A DNA stretch of 64,000 bases, taken from assembly GCF_001194135.2 (NCBI RefSeq), contig NC_068992.1, positions 67,859,726 to 67,923,725 of the forward strand, read 5' to 3'. The notes under the pieces are model-generated. The model ran no database searches and was not told the origin of the DNA. It worked only from the letters and a program-made list of their open reading frames with translations. The position numbers and the translations under genes are program-made. This stretch comes from Octopus bimaculoides. Lineage: Eukaryota. Below, piece by piece: positions 1 to 11,476 of the stretch. Position 1 is the first letter of the stretch, and every line of letters begins with the position of its first letter.

Positions 1-79
1 ATTCCTCGTCACTGGAATAATGTTTGCTGCTCAAACCCTCTTTTATGAGACCGAAGAGATGATAGTCTGATGATGCTTG

Positions 80-340
80 CTAAATTATTCCAGTGATGCG
101 GAAGTGAAAACTGTAGTGAAAAAGTGGCTCAAATAACAGTCAACAGAATTTTACGGGGTAGGGAGACATGCTCTCATTCGAAGATGGAACATTGCTATTG
201 AGAGAAACGGTGACTATATTGAGAAGTAGGGACGTGATCCACACGGGATCAGCTTAGTTTTGATGTATAATACATGTTCCTGTGTTGGTAATTATACCTG
301 TCCTAAACAAAATGGCATTACGTTTTGACTCAACCTCGTA
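80..340 (+). mobile_element. Mariner (DD34D-type) transposon 3' end: transposase C-terminus remnant plus right TIR
   Basis: 86-229 translates YSSDAEVKTVVKKWLK*QSTEFYGVGRHALIRRWNIAIERNGDYIEK*, the typical mariner C-terminus. The element ends ...ACGTTTTGACTCAACCTCG followed by TA (339-340), a mariner-like TIR and TA target. Confidence 0.85.
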
Positions 341-1049
341 CATATGCATGTATCTATATATGCATCTGTAATTCTTTTAAATGAATATGTAACTAAATTT
401 GTCTAGAAGTATTTGCAAATCGCAGTAACAAATCATTTTTTCCACGTGCAAGCTTATTGCAATGTGACCGCATTACCAAGAAAATCTGTTGATTCTGACG
501 TATTCAAAATATTCATAATTTACAGAATCGTCCATTAGAAAATGCAAACTTCAAAACACTCAAATTATATTTCGTAATGAAAAATACGAACATTCAAACA
601 ATATATACTTTTAGTGATTTTCTACCAAATCAATAAAATCGATAACTTCAGAGATATTGATTGATGTTAGTGCAAAAGGTATTGCATAGTTTCTATCAAA
701 AATATCAAGTTAGGATTCATATGATTCAAAATATTGAAACAGATGTAATTGTTAATGTTAGTATTATTTAATTATTATTATTATTGTTATTATTATTATA
801 GTCAAAAACAGTATTGATCTTTTGAGTGGAAGAGTTGCAAACATTGAGAAGAGAATATAAAATAAAAACAATGCAGAGGAATTTCTCAAAAATATAAATA
901 AAAAGTTTGCCTGTTGTATCTTGTGGTCTTGTCATATTTGATGTTTCAATAATATAATCTAGATAACATTTGAATTACCATAATTACTAACTGCAGAATT
1001 TCGTTATCATCCACCTAGGATTTAATTGCGGAAATATTTCGCCAAACAT

Positions 1050-1212
1050 CCAAACGCATGCACACACACAGGTATATAAATTGCGCGCCTTCAGTTACCA
1101 AATCCACGTAAAAAAATCTTGTCAACTCAGGGCTATAGTAAGAGGTACCAGTCGAACGTGCCGCATATGACACTGAACCGAAAGCCACGGGCTTGGGAAC
1201 CACGCCTGCACA
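1050..1212 (-). mobile_element. tRNA-derived SINE, family A, degenerate 5' half
   Basis: Reverse complement reads GCAGGCGTGG...GGTTCAGTG...CTTACTATAGCCCTGAG...GTGGATTTGGTAACTGAAGG. This matches the copies at 12682, 40932 and 54841 in this window. Confidence 0.7.
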
Positions 1213-1235
1213 CACATGCGCCCGTGTGTGTGCAG

Positions 1236-1574
1236 TGAAGGTGCATAGTTAGTGGTTAGAGCGTTCGAGGCACAATCATGAGGTCGTGAGTTCGATTCCC
1301 GGACAGGGCTGTGTGCCGTGCTCTTGAGCAAAATAATTTATTTTACGTTGCTCCAGTTTACTGAACTGTAGAAATGAGCTGCGACGTCACTGGTGCCCAG
1401 CTGTATCAGCCTTTGCCTTTCTCTTGGATAAGATTGGTTGCGCGGAAAGGACAGACTGCTATACATGGGTGACTACTGGTCTTCCATAAACAAATTTGCC
1501 CGGACTTGTGTCTGAGAGTGGAACATTCTAGAAGCAATCCCATGGTCATTCATGATGGAAGGGAATCTCCAACC

Positions 1575-1577
<3 letters not shown>
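1236..1577 (+). mobile_element. tRNA-derived SINE, family B, near full length
   Basis: Pol III A-box TAGTGGTTAGA (about 1250) and B-box GAGTTCGATTCC (1288-1299). A CORE-like body follows (CTCTTGAGCAA...TTGCTCCAGTTTACTGAACTGTAGAAATGAG) and the element ends in a (TA)n tract. Confidence 0.8.

Positions 1578-1580
<3 letters not shown>

Positions 1581-1626
<46 letters not shown>
1581..1626. repeat. (TA)n microsatellite
   Basis: Uninterrupted TA run. Similar runs occur throughout the window (e.g. 2533-2587, 29870-29931, 38095-38153) and generate the spurious YIYIYI ORFs. Confidence 0.98.
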
Positions 1627-1628
<2 letters not shown>

Positions 1629-2525
1629 CGTAAATATCGAACAATGAGATTGATTGATCAACCCCGGTTTAGTTGCTTGCGGTTTTTTATTTGTGAATTA
1701 AGGGTACCATGGGCTTCATTTTAAGGAATACTTCAACGATTGTCAGGCCTATAAAATTCGGCATCGGTGCTTGTCCGTTTAAGTTAACCATTCATTATTC
1801 GTGATATTTTACGCTTAGTAAAACACTTCGGGCTACTTGGAACATGTAAAATGTTTATACATTGGTTGGTGACAAGATTATTGGATTAGACGACATTGAT
1901 AATTTTATATAATTTTAATGAAATAGAGATAAGCTAATCCGATAGTACTTCACACTATACACAGCACGGGATTCGTTGTATCATTGAATGCATTATAATG
2001 AGTCCTTTGTTATTTTATCGAATTTTGATGTGATGAGAATAAGGTGTGTCCAAAGATGTGCAGAGTGAGAAAGAAGTAGTTTATTATGATATGAACGTGC
2101 GTTGAGAAAATTTAGGAATAAATGTTATTAAATTTTTGTAAGCAAATAATCACAATTCTTGTGCAATATGTTGACTGAAATAGATTATAATGTTGTGGCT
2201 TTGACTTGAAAATGGCTTTTATGCGCTCAAACATTTATTAAGATGATGTATAGACTAGAGACATTAACAGACTAACGTTGATATATTTGAGATAAATTGT
2301 ATATACAACTTAGTGGGGCATTATAAGATAAAAATCATGGAGAGAATAGTATGTAGTGGGCAGCTAATGTGCTAGCTTCAACAGGACATTAATCTAATAA
2401 CACGAGAAGACATGGTAATCATGTTACATACAAAACACGCTCAATAACTCATAAACTGATAAAGACAGAAATTTGGACACCAACATGCTTATGAACATAT
2501 ATACAGAAACACATATCTATACACT

Positions 2526-2532
<7 letters not shown>

Positions 2533-2621
<89 letters not shown>
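2533..2621. repeat. Compound (TA)n/(TG)n microsatellite
   Basis: Directly visible. Confidence 0.97.
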
Positions 2622-2723
2622 AATCCTCGCAATCCCTATTAACGACGAAAATCAAGAATATGATTTTTACAAATATACAAACATACATGTCAGCAGTATA
2701 ACATTAAAAAAATTCAGTCTCTC

Positions 2724-2755
<32 letters not shown>

Positions 2756-3684
2756 ACGTGCACGAATAAACTCCCACGGATATAAGCTTACGAGTGTGTT
2801 TATGTTTCTATATCTATAAACCGTGTTTTACACACATACCCACACACACATATACAAGTGTGTCATATGGTGACCATATAGATGATAGATGGTTTATGAA
2901 TAGAACAAACACCATCTATAAATCTAATCATGTAAACAATTATGGGTTCTGAATGCTGTATTTATTAATTTTTTTTTTTAGATGATGTCTTTATCTATAC
3001 GTTAAAAGCTTCCGGTGAAGATGCATTAGAATTTTGCAAGGATGTGAGAGAATATTTACGATATTATAATTCCCTTCTTTACAAATGCGCTTCCTTCTGA
3101 TCAGCCATTTAATAGCATCTGTTTTGAGTTATTTGAACGTTCAACGCAATCCTCGTTTATATATTCAGAAACGATTAACTGCCTCAGGTATTTCTTTATA
3201 AACTATAACTGACATGTTGCATGATCATCCTCACGTTATTTGGATATTTACTTGCACGCACACATATGCAAACATAGAGGCACACGGAAATACATGCACA
3301 CATGTGAATACGTTTATAAGAATATACATATAGCAATACGACAGAAGCGAATGAGGTGTCACTTTATATAGAGATATAAAAACAATGGAATGTGTTTAGG
3401 AACTTTACAATACATTTTAATTTCCTTCTGTGTTGTTTAGAATTGAATCGATAAACTTTGAGAGACAGAGACTGACTGACCGTTTCCAGATGAGAACAAT
3501 TTAACCTCTACCATTTAGTTTTCGTGCACTTTCCCAATGCTTCCATTATATGTTCTACGTGTATATATATATATATATGTGTGCGTGCGTACGTGGGTGT
3601 GCGTGTGCGTGTGCGTGTGTGTGTATGTGTGTGTGTGTGTGTGTGTGTGTATACATATATATATGGCGACTGCTCTCTGTAGAG

Positions 3685-3948
3685 AGCATCTATTTATTTA
3701 TCTCTCTACTGTAGGCTACAAATCTATTCCAGGGTCGCTTTTGGGTGCGTTCCTTGTCCTACTATATCAATCATTCGATTGATCGACTGAAAATATAGAG
3801 AACGACCCTTACAATGATATTTTCGTCAGGGGTACACAAATTCAACAGCCCCCACCACCACCATCACCAACAAAGACGTTGGAATTTGGTCAGTGTGGCA
3901 TTAATACAGAACTAGGTCACCTATTTCTAGCCATCAACGTCTTTGTAA
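3685..3948 (-). repeat. Left arm of an old inverted repeat pair (unclassified, possibly Penelope pLTR-derived)
   Basis: Aligns by eye to the reverse complement of 4678-4926. Examples are TTTGGGTGCGTTCCTT / AAGGAACGCACCCAAA, CAGCCCCCACCACC / GGTGGTGGGGGCTG and CTAGCCATCAAC / GTTGATGGCTAG. Confidence 0.85.
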
Positions 3949-4677
3949 AGATAGCAGTCGCCGTATTTCATTCTAAACCGGTTACTTCTGATGAGCTTTG
4001 ATGAGTGAAGTGTGACATAATCGAATCGTTACTTGACATTTCCTCAAATCCCCGACACGATACCAGTTGATGAGATGGGCCGTAATGGATATATAATACT
4101 GTCCAATTCGGATAATATTCCCTCTCTATTGACAGATATACGAGTGCACTTATCCAGACTTATAGACTCATAGCCGAATCAGACAAACAACACACACGCA
4201 TATACATTCATCTTTGTTGCTTCTTTTTCCTTTGGTTTTAATCGGTTTTTAATCATAGTCACTTAGCATCCGTGTAATTTACTAACTTATTTAAGATTCA
4301 TATCTTAGCTTTCCTATTGCAGGTGTACCAATGACGTCTAGACCTATAATTTATGATCGCATATTATCTTAGTCATGTTGTTACCTTTATCAGTTATAAT
4401 TTATTTATTTCTGATTACGAGTTGTAAATATTTCTGTCAACTGTTTTGTATTTGATGAATTCCTGCTATTTAATTAGATACTCCTAGTTTAAAATAATTA
4501 TCAGTCCCATTGATGCCTTTCGACTTATATATTTGCAAATATTTCCCCCTCAGAGAATGTCCAAATATATAATAAATGCCAAAAGCCTGCCACTGAACAG
4601 AAAGAAGTTGTGGAATATCAAATTTCTTTAATGGATAACAATACTATTCACTTGTGGTAACAGAGAACAAAAGCCTA

Positions 4678-4926
4678 GTTGATGGCTAGACATAAGCGAC
4701 TTGGTTGTGTATTAATGCCATACTGACCAAATACCAACATATTTTTTGTGGAGGTGGTGGGGGCTGTGTACTTGGTGTGTCTCTGACGAAGATATCTCTG
4801 ACGAAGATATAGATCGTTCCCTATATTTTGAATTGATCAATCGACTGATATAATAGAACAAGGAACGCACCCAAATGCGCCTCTGAAGTAGAATTGAGCC
4901 TATAATAAATGAATAAATAAATGCTT
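4678..4926 (+). repeat. Right arm of the old inverted repeat pair
   Basis: Reverse complement of 3685-3948 at roughly 70-80% identity by eye. Contains a 15 bp tandem duplication TCTCTGACGAAGATA at 4780-4809. Confidence 0.85.
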
Positions 4927-4966
4927 ATAACCAATTATTTCCGTCTATGTCATATAGATACACACA

Positions 4967-5006
<40 letters not shown>

Positions 5007-5114
5007 TACTCGTGCAGATTTTCGAATATATGACCCATAGTACGAAGGCAGCAGGATTCTTGAAATTTCTATAAAATATATACATATTGTAATTTTAGAT
5101 AAAGAGAGAGATAT

Positions 5115-5958
5115 CTCATCGGTGAATGTGGGTGTAAGGTCGGTTGGCTAATATTTACAGACGACGTAGTACTGCTTGGATCGTCAAAAGGAGGCTTCAG
5201 CATGCACCGAATGGGAACGTTGCAGGGAACTGCAAGGCAAAGGATAAGAATTAAGGTCGTGACGACCGAGACATAGATCCTCTCAAGGAAGTCTTCCCAG
5301 TACACGCAAGTGTACTGCAAGTTAGTGAAACATTACCGAGGTAAGTAGCGGAGTCTACATATATCCGGTATGTATCCACGAGTAATGGGAAACAGGAGAG
5401 TGAATTGGATGCTTGGACTGAATGTTCTGGGACAGTAATGCACCAGCTCTAGCATTCGTAGCTAAGAAGAGGGGAAATTGGCAAAAAAGCAAAACTTACT
5501 TTCTTTAATTTGATCTTCGTACCTAACCTCACCAATATATTAATGAATATTGGATGAAAGCAAGAAAGAGTACGATCGCGAATACAAGTGACGGGAATGG
5601 AACGCCTTCGAGGGACCGTTCAAGTAACATTACGTGACAACAAGCTTAGCTCGATTATTCAAATGGATCCACTGTTTTGCTACATTAAATGGTCATACGT
5701 ACGGTATAATGGACAGGTGATTAGAGTGTCCAAGGAAAGAATGGCATGGGGGATTTTTAAAGCTGAGCTAAACGGCAATTGACCTAGAGGTAGACAAATA
5801 ATGAGATGGTGGGATCATGTCCATAGTTTTAGTTGGTTACACTTGGGAGGAATCCAGGTGAAAAGAGTAATGGCAGTTACTTCCCACTGGATCTTATGTA
5901 GAAGGTACCTAAAAAAACCTACGCCCACGATACTCCCAGTGGATGGAGAGGATGAATG
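5115..5958 (+). mobile_element. RTE-clade (Rex3/Expander-like) LINE, 5'-truncated RT C-terminal half with 3' UTR; degenerate
   Basis: LIFTDDVVLLGSS (FTDD at 5154-5165), then SNGKQESELDA...KKAKLTFFNLIFVPNLT, SRIQVTGMERLRGTVQVTLRDN, VRYNGQVIRVSKER and PRGRQIMRWWDHV. These are in the order expected for RTE RT domains 5-7 and thumb, with many stops and frameshifts. Confidence 0.85.
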
Positions 5959-7469
5959 TATGCTTATTCGCACCGAGCATAAACGCCTTGTGATTCAGCG
6001 GTCAGATTCTTTCTAGATTAAGGAGCGAAAAGCGACCTCACTGGTGGTTAGCTTTACAAGCTTTTCATTACTGTACATATCATTCAGTCTTCGCAAACAG
6101 TAAAAGAGAGAGAGAGGGGGAGGGGGGAAACAATATTGCTTACTCATTCTTAAGGACAAAATGGGCAATGTGATCTGTTTTGACTCAGTTCTTTATTTGT
6201 ATATAGTTTGGCGCTACATCTAAATAATAAGGTAAACAAATCTTCATATTTTCAATGATTCTATATATCTTATTTCCCGCAGCACAAAAACACAACTTGA
6301 TTATTCCACCAGTCTATTTGTAATTCGAAGAGAAAAAAAGATCTATAGGACTCGCTATTGCACGACCTTATTTTCTTCAAAGGGTGCTAAAGGATATGCT
6401 CTGTCAAAAATTCTCTCATTAGTTTACAAACTTATGAAAGTTGGTCAGTGGGCTTGTATTGACCGGAGAAAATAGTTGTGATCCACTCCGTTTACAAGTG
6501 GAAAATGTATAGTTTAAGCTTAGCATATATTTGCACACCGACAACATTATGTTGAGCAACTAAACAGACGATTTACGTACAGACTAATTTTTTTTTTCAT
6601 GAGTAGTTGTAAACAAACCCCTGGAAGTGTATCAGTTCTAAAGCGGCTGAAATTTGAATGCATGTCAAACTATATATTTCGGTGGTTATATATTGTTATG
6701 ACACATGACATCATTGCCCCAATATGCTGACAGCAATAAAGGATGAAAATAATTTGAAGTAAATTAATGTTCTGTAACTTAATATTTTATGCAACCAAAA
6801 ATTAATGGTCTCATCTTAAGTATTACATATATATATGCAAACGCACACACACACCTATATATGAATATATAAATGTGTCTGCGTGTGCATCTGTTTGTGA
6901 GTATGCGGAGCGTGTGTCTACGTGATGAAATGAAAGGCATATATTGCGCGCGTGGAAAAAATTGAAATGCAGTTCTGTTTACTCAGAAAAGCGAGTGGAT
7001 AGAATATGTTATCTTTCTCATTTATTCCCCGTTATATTCTCTCTCAATCTCACTGTCATTAACTCACCGCTGGGTTGCAGTTTAGATTGAAGTACATAGC
7101 AACCATCGATAAATTTCCAAATGGTATATCGGAAATAATTTTATATTTATTATAATCATATTTGCTAATCAATTATGGGACATCAAAAATATAACAAATA
7201 TAAAAACAAACATATTCATAAACTTTACTGGATGTATTTTTCCATGTTGACTATATTTTATGATTATTGAATGTCTAAATGTTGCTACGCCTTCTTTCGT
7301 AATACATCAACCAACTGATAGTAGATTTTCAGAATATTAATAGCATGTCTATAGTATTAATATACCGTGGAATATCTTACTCTCTTTCGAAAATTATATA
7401 TATGTGCGTGTATGAATTGGATTTTGTGAATGCTGATATATGTGTATGCTTGTAAGTATGAATAATTGA

Positions 7470-8794
7470 CAGAGTCATAAAGCATCGAATGGAAAGTCTT
7501 GCAGTATTTGTTTCAAATATTATGCTCTGTGTTCAAATACACCCAAAGTCAAATGTCGTCGTTATGGAGTTGAATTGTTACAAAATCAGAAAGAAGAGTT
7601 CAATGATCAGCTTTTAGATAACGATACCGTTGCTAAAATTTATCAGACAGCTTTTCCCGTGGAGAGGGCACCGGTAGCACACATAGATATTTGTAGACAC
7701 GTACAAATGTTGTTCTACCATATGGACGCTAAAATTTCTCTATGTCTGTGCACCTTTTGGCAGAAATTTATTTACAGACACTTTTGCTAACAAGAAGTCT
7801 TAATGCTACAAATATTTAATCTGAGGCGCTATGAATCAACTGATAAATAAACCAGCAGCAGAAATACCCTATCATAGCGTACACACATTTGTTTTTATTG
7901 TTGGTAATCTATTCTTAAATATCTTACTGTCTCCTGAGAGCAAAGCACAAATGTACATGACTTATGTAACATACGTCTTTCAAACTGCACTATTACGTAG
8001 ACTAACTTGTCCTCTTTAAGAATACTACACCCTTTTCTCGCCAGTAAATAATCGGCTCCAATTAGAAACAACATGCTGGAATTGCTGACAAAGAAATGGT
8101 TCGGGTTTCCCGACAATCACAAACGTGTACAGATTCTATGCGGAGTTAATCCGATAGGTAATCACAGCATACACTAAAGGATGGCGAATTTTTAAGAAGT
8201 GGAAATCAGCTTTTAAAAGGAACAATTAATAGGAGACTAATTATAACGTATGACACAAATTTTCCGTCAATGGATGAATTTATTTGTGCAGACAAAAACA
8301 CACAATCCCTGAGGTTACTGCATAAACGGACTGTGGTCAAAATACATTACAGACAATGCAAGACTTTGATAGACGACGGAGTGGGAGTGCAAAGTGGATA
8401 TCTCGACTAGGGGAGAAAAGTGGAAGGTTACCCTTCTCTGCGAGGGAATGATATGTGCAAAAGTTAGATTGATTCAGAAATAACGGACCGATCTATGTTG
8501 AATTATGTCACACATCGCGTCCAGCATTTACAACAAAAAGTTACGGCGATAATTTTTGTGAATGACACCAGCCACATTCTCCTTGGTATTTTGGATTGTG
8601 ACTGTACCGTGAACGATGACAAGTACGATGAAATACTCAGACAAAGTTACAGTGAGAAAGAGTCCGATCAAGAATCTGAAAATGATCCACATTTACCTTA
8701 TAATACACGATCACACTTATCATTGGCAAATCAGGAATTCGCCGAATTTGGCTTCCTATTCAAGTACGTGGTTCTAACTAAGAGGCACGAGTGA
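7470..8794 (+). pseudogene. Decayed coding tract of unidentified origin
   Basis: Long open segments tile the region: 7470-7790, 7831-8090 with one stop, 8052-8178, and 8162-8794. The last is 211 codons with only two internal TAG (8408, 8465). No family motif was recognised. Confidence 0.5.
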
Positions 8795-8840
8795 TTTTCT
8801 ACACACCAAATCTTTCAAAGATAATTTTTGCCATTTTCAG

Positions 8841-8899
8841 GAACCGGAAACACAAGCAACTAAAAACACTGAATTTAGCCAAAGAATCAGAACACGCAA
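8841..8899 (+). CDS. Candidate internal exon (NRKHKQLKTLNLAKESEHA)
   Basis: Acceptor TTTTGCCATTTTCAG and donor AA|GTAAGT. The upstream intron 8764-8840 (77 nt, AA|GTACGT) keeps the frame of the 8495 ORF. Confidence 0.4.
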
Positions 8900-8985
8900 G
8901 TAAGTCATACAATGCGAATTGACGATATTCATTTAAATCATTGTCAAATGTTGAAATCTTATGTTTGTGTAAAGGTTTATTTCAG

Positions 8986-9056
8986 AAATAAATAGACAAA
9001 TAGCTGAGCTTAACGATATTAATTGTAATTGTTTTTCAAAATACACCTTCAAATGA
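8986..9056 (+). CDS. Candidate terminal exon (INRQIAELNDINCNCFSKYTFK*)
   Basis: 86 nt intron 8900-8985 ending TTTATTTCAG, frame preserved. Stop at 9054-9056 and AATAAA at 9096-9101. Confidence 0.3.
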
Positions 9057-9371
9057 AAAATCTATCGAAATAGTTTAAGAAAATTGTGTGGTTGTAATAA
9101 ATACATATGTTGTTAAATGGTCGAAATGTGAGACCAGAAAAACAGCCGATAACACATGAAGGGTCGTTCTTTATGTTGTTTGTTTTGTTTTCCACTTGTG
9201 TCTTTCGTTGTTCGAAAGAATAGTTTATGTTCCATGCACACGTTTCGTGATGTCCTGTGCCCACATATGCATATATATTTACGTATAGATGTAAGTATGT
9301 ACATATACGTATGCATATATATACATATAAAATTCTTGCAAAAGAGTTTTATCCCTTTTTGAATTTATTTA

Positions 9372-9418
<47 letters not shown>

Positions 9419-9448
9419 NNNNNNNNNNNNNNNNNNNNNNNNNNNNNT

Positions 9449-9497
<49 letters not shown>

Positions 9498-10138
9498 GAG
9501 AGAGAATAAGTGGGAATATAAGTCATTTCATTAATAACGACATTTTCTCATTAAAATAATCTTAAATGATAAGGGAAACAGATACAGACACACACACAAA
9601 CGCACACAAATATGAACTAATGTTTTGTATGCGAGTGTAATTGAAGACAATATTTCTGCCTTTACAACTGAAGAGAAGCAAATGTAAATGCAAAAAGTAG
9701 TTAAAAAGATTATCAGAGATACTCCATTAATGCAGGCCTTATACATATTAAGGCTGTGATAATAACAGCCAAACAGCCACGCAGAAAATCTCAGACAAGC
9801 TGCAATGAAAGTTTTATTTTTTTTATTAAAATAATTACGTTTGAAGTTTTAGCGAACAATAAGTTACATTTCCGTGTTTTAATACTTGAATGGATGAATA
9901 TTATACAATAAATTAACTTTAAATATATACAGTTTTCTGGAGAACGTGTGATCTCATACTGGATACATTTTGCCCCATATACAAGCACAAATCAATACGT
10001 CTCTGACTAATCGATTTCTTACGGACAGTTACGTGTTGTAATAAAATTGTCACATAATTCACTTATATTAACAACTTTATAAGCAATCCAACTACCTCAT
10101 ACCTCCAAAACAACGACAAAAACGGCATATAAAACCGT

Positions 10139-10179
<41 letters not shown>

Positions 10180-11375
10180 TGTGCACGAACGTTCATTCCT
10201 GTATATAAATACGAGAGCAGCCGAGCTGCTCAATAATGACGATGAATGTTTTACTAAACTTAGTGATAATTACATTTTGGGTTGTATGAATGAATATTCG
10301 ATTTTTTCCAATCTTAGATATTGTTGGAAAATGTACAAGATGGAAGTTGTTACTAAGGGTGTGAAGATGTAAATAAAAATGCAAAACTAACCGCAAAATA
10401 AGAAAATTATGTTCATCATTAACCAAATATTATACAGGATTGATTAAGATGTGTATGAATGGTGAAATTTAAATTATGTTAGTGTATATAAAGGGAATTT
10501 ACTCAATCGTTATTTTAAGCAGAATTTAGATAGGTGAAATGAGATATAGAAAACCGACTGAATTTTAGATTTGGTTAACGCATCCTTATTCAATCCATCA
10601 TCATTTATTTTCCCAGCTGATATGATTACCTTTTTTGCTGTCCCGCTCTCTTTTATACCGATTACGATTTAGGGATGCATTTATAAATATTTGTATGTAT
10701 GCAATTATATGTGGCTTTTATTTCTAACGAATACGATTAATGGTATATTTATGTAGTGATATATGTATCTCTTCTATTATTCCATCAAAGGTTTTATAAA
10801 GTATATCTCTGCAAATAGAAAGATTATTTCTATGACATTTTATATTTTTTTAATCGAAATTAAAATAAAATTCCGTATTAACACTGACCAGCCCTCAAGT
10901 ACATACAGTATATTTAATAACGCACCTAACGCAGAAAGGCGCACATACCGTGAGACATATACATACTCATATACATACATTCACAGACAGACACATAGTC
11001 ATACACAACATGTGATATCGACGTCCTCGGTTAACTAGCCATCGCATACATATTGTATATTTAATAACGTACCTCATGCAGCACGTACACACACACAGGG
11101 AAGCATAGACTCACACACGTCGTCGATAATGGTTAGAATTAAAAGTAAAACTATTAAGTACAATATATCATATTGCAATATAGATTTTATTCTTTCGCTT
11201 ATATTCTTTGAGTTTTGACACGTAATACTGAATCAGTGCCAATGTTGCATCGTTTTAATCCAACGGCAATTACATGTTTACACTCACGGGATCTGATAGC
11301 ATTTCTATGTAAAATTTAATTTGATTTGGTTGAGCCATTTGAGACTACATTGCGAATAGATAAGAGAGACAAAGG

Positions 11376-11376
<1 letters not shown>

Positions 11377-11458
<82 letters not shown>

Positions 11459-11476
11459 CAGATGGATAGATAGATA
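11377..11476. repeat. (GATA)n microsatellite
   Basis: About 25 GATA units with a few variants at the 3' end. Confidence 0.98.

Noticed and set aside
1240-1310. tRNA gene
   Set aside because: A and B boxes are present, but no acceptor stem or cloverleaf closes and a SINE body follows.
2879-2926. Pre-miRNA-like hairpin (ATAGATGGT/ACCATCTAT core)
   Set aside because: Short, AT-rich and bulged stem built partly from GATA-like repeats; no known mature miRNA recognised.
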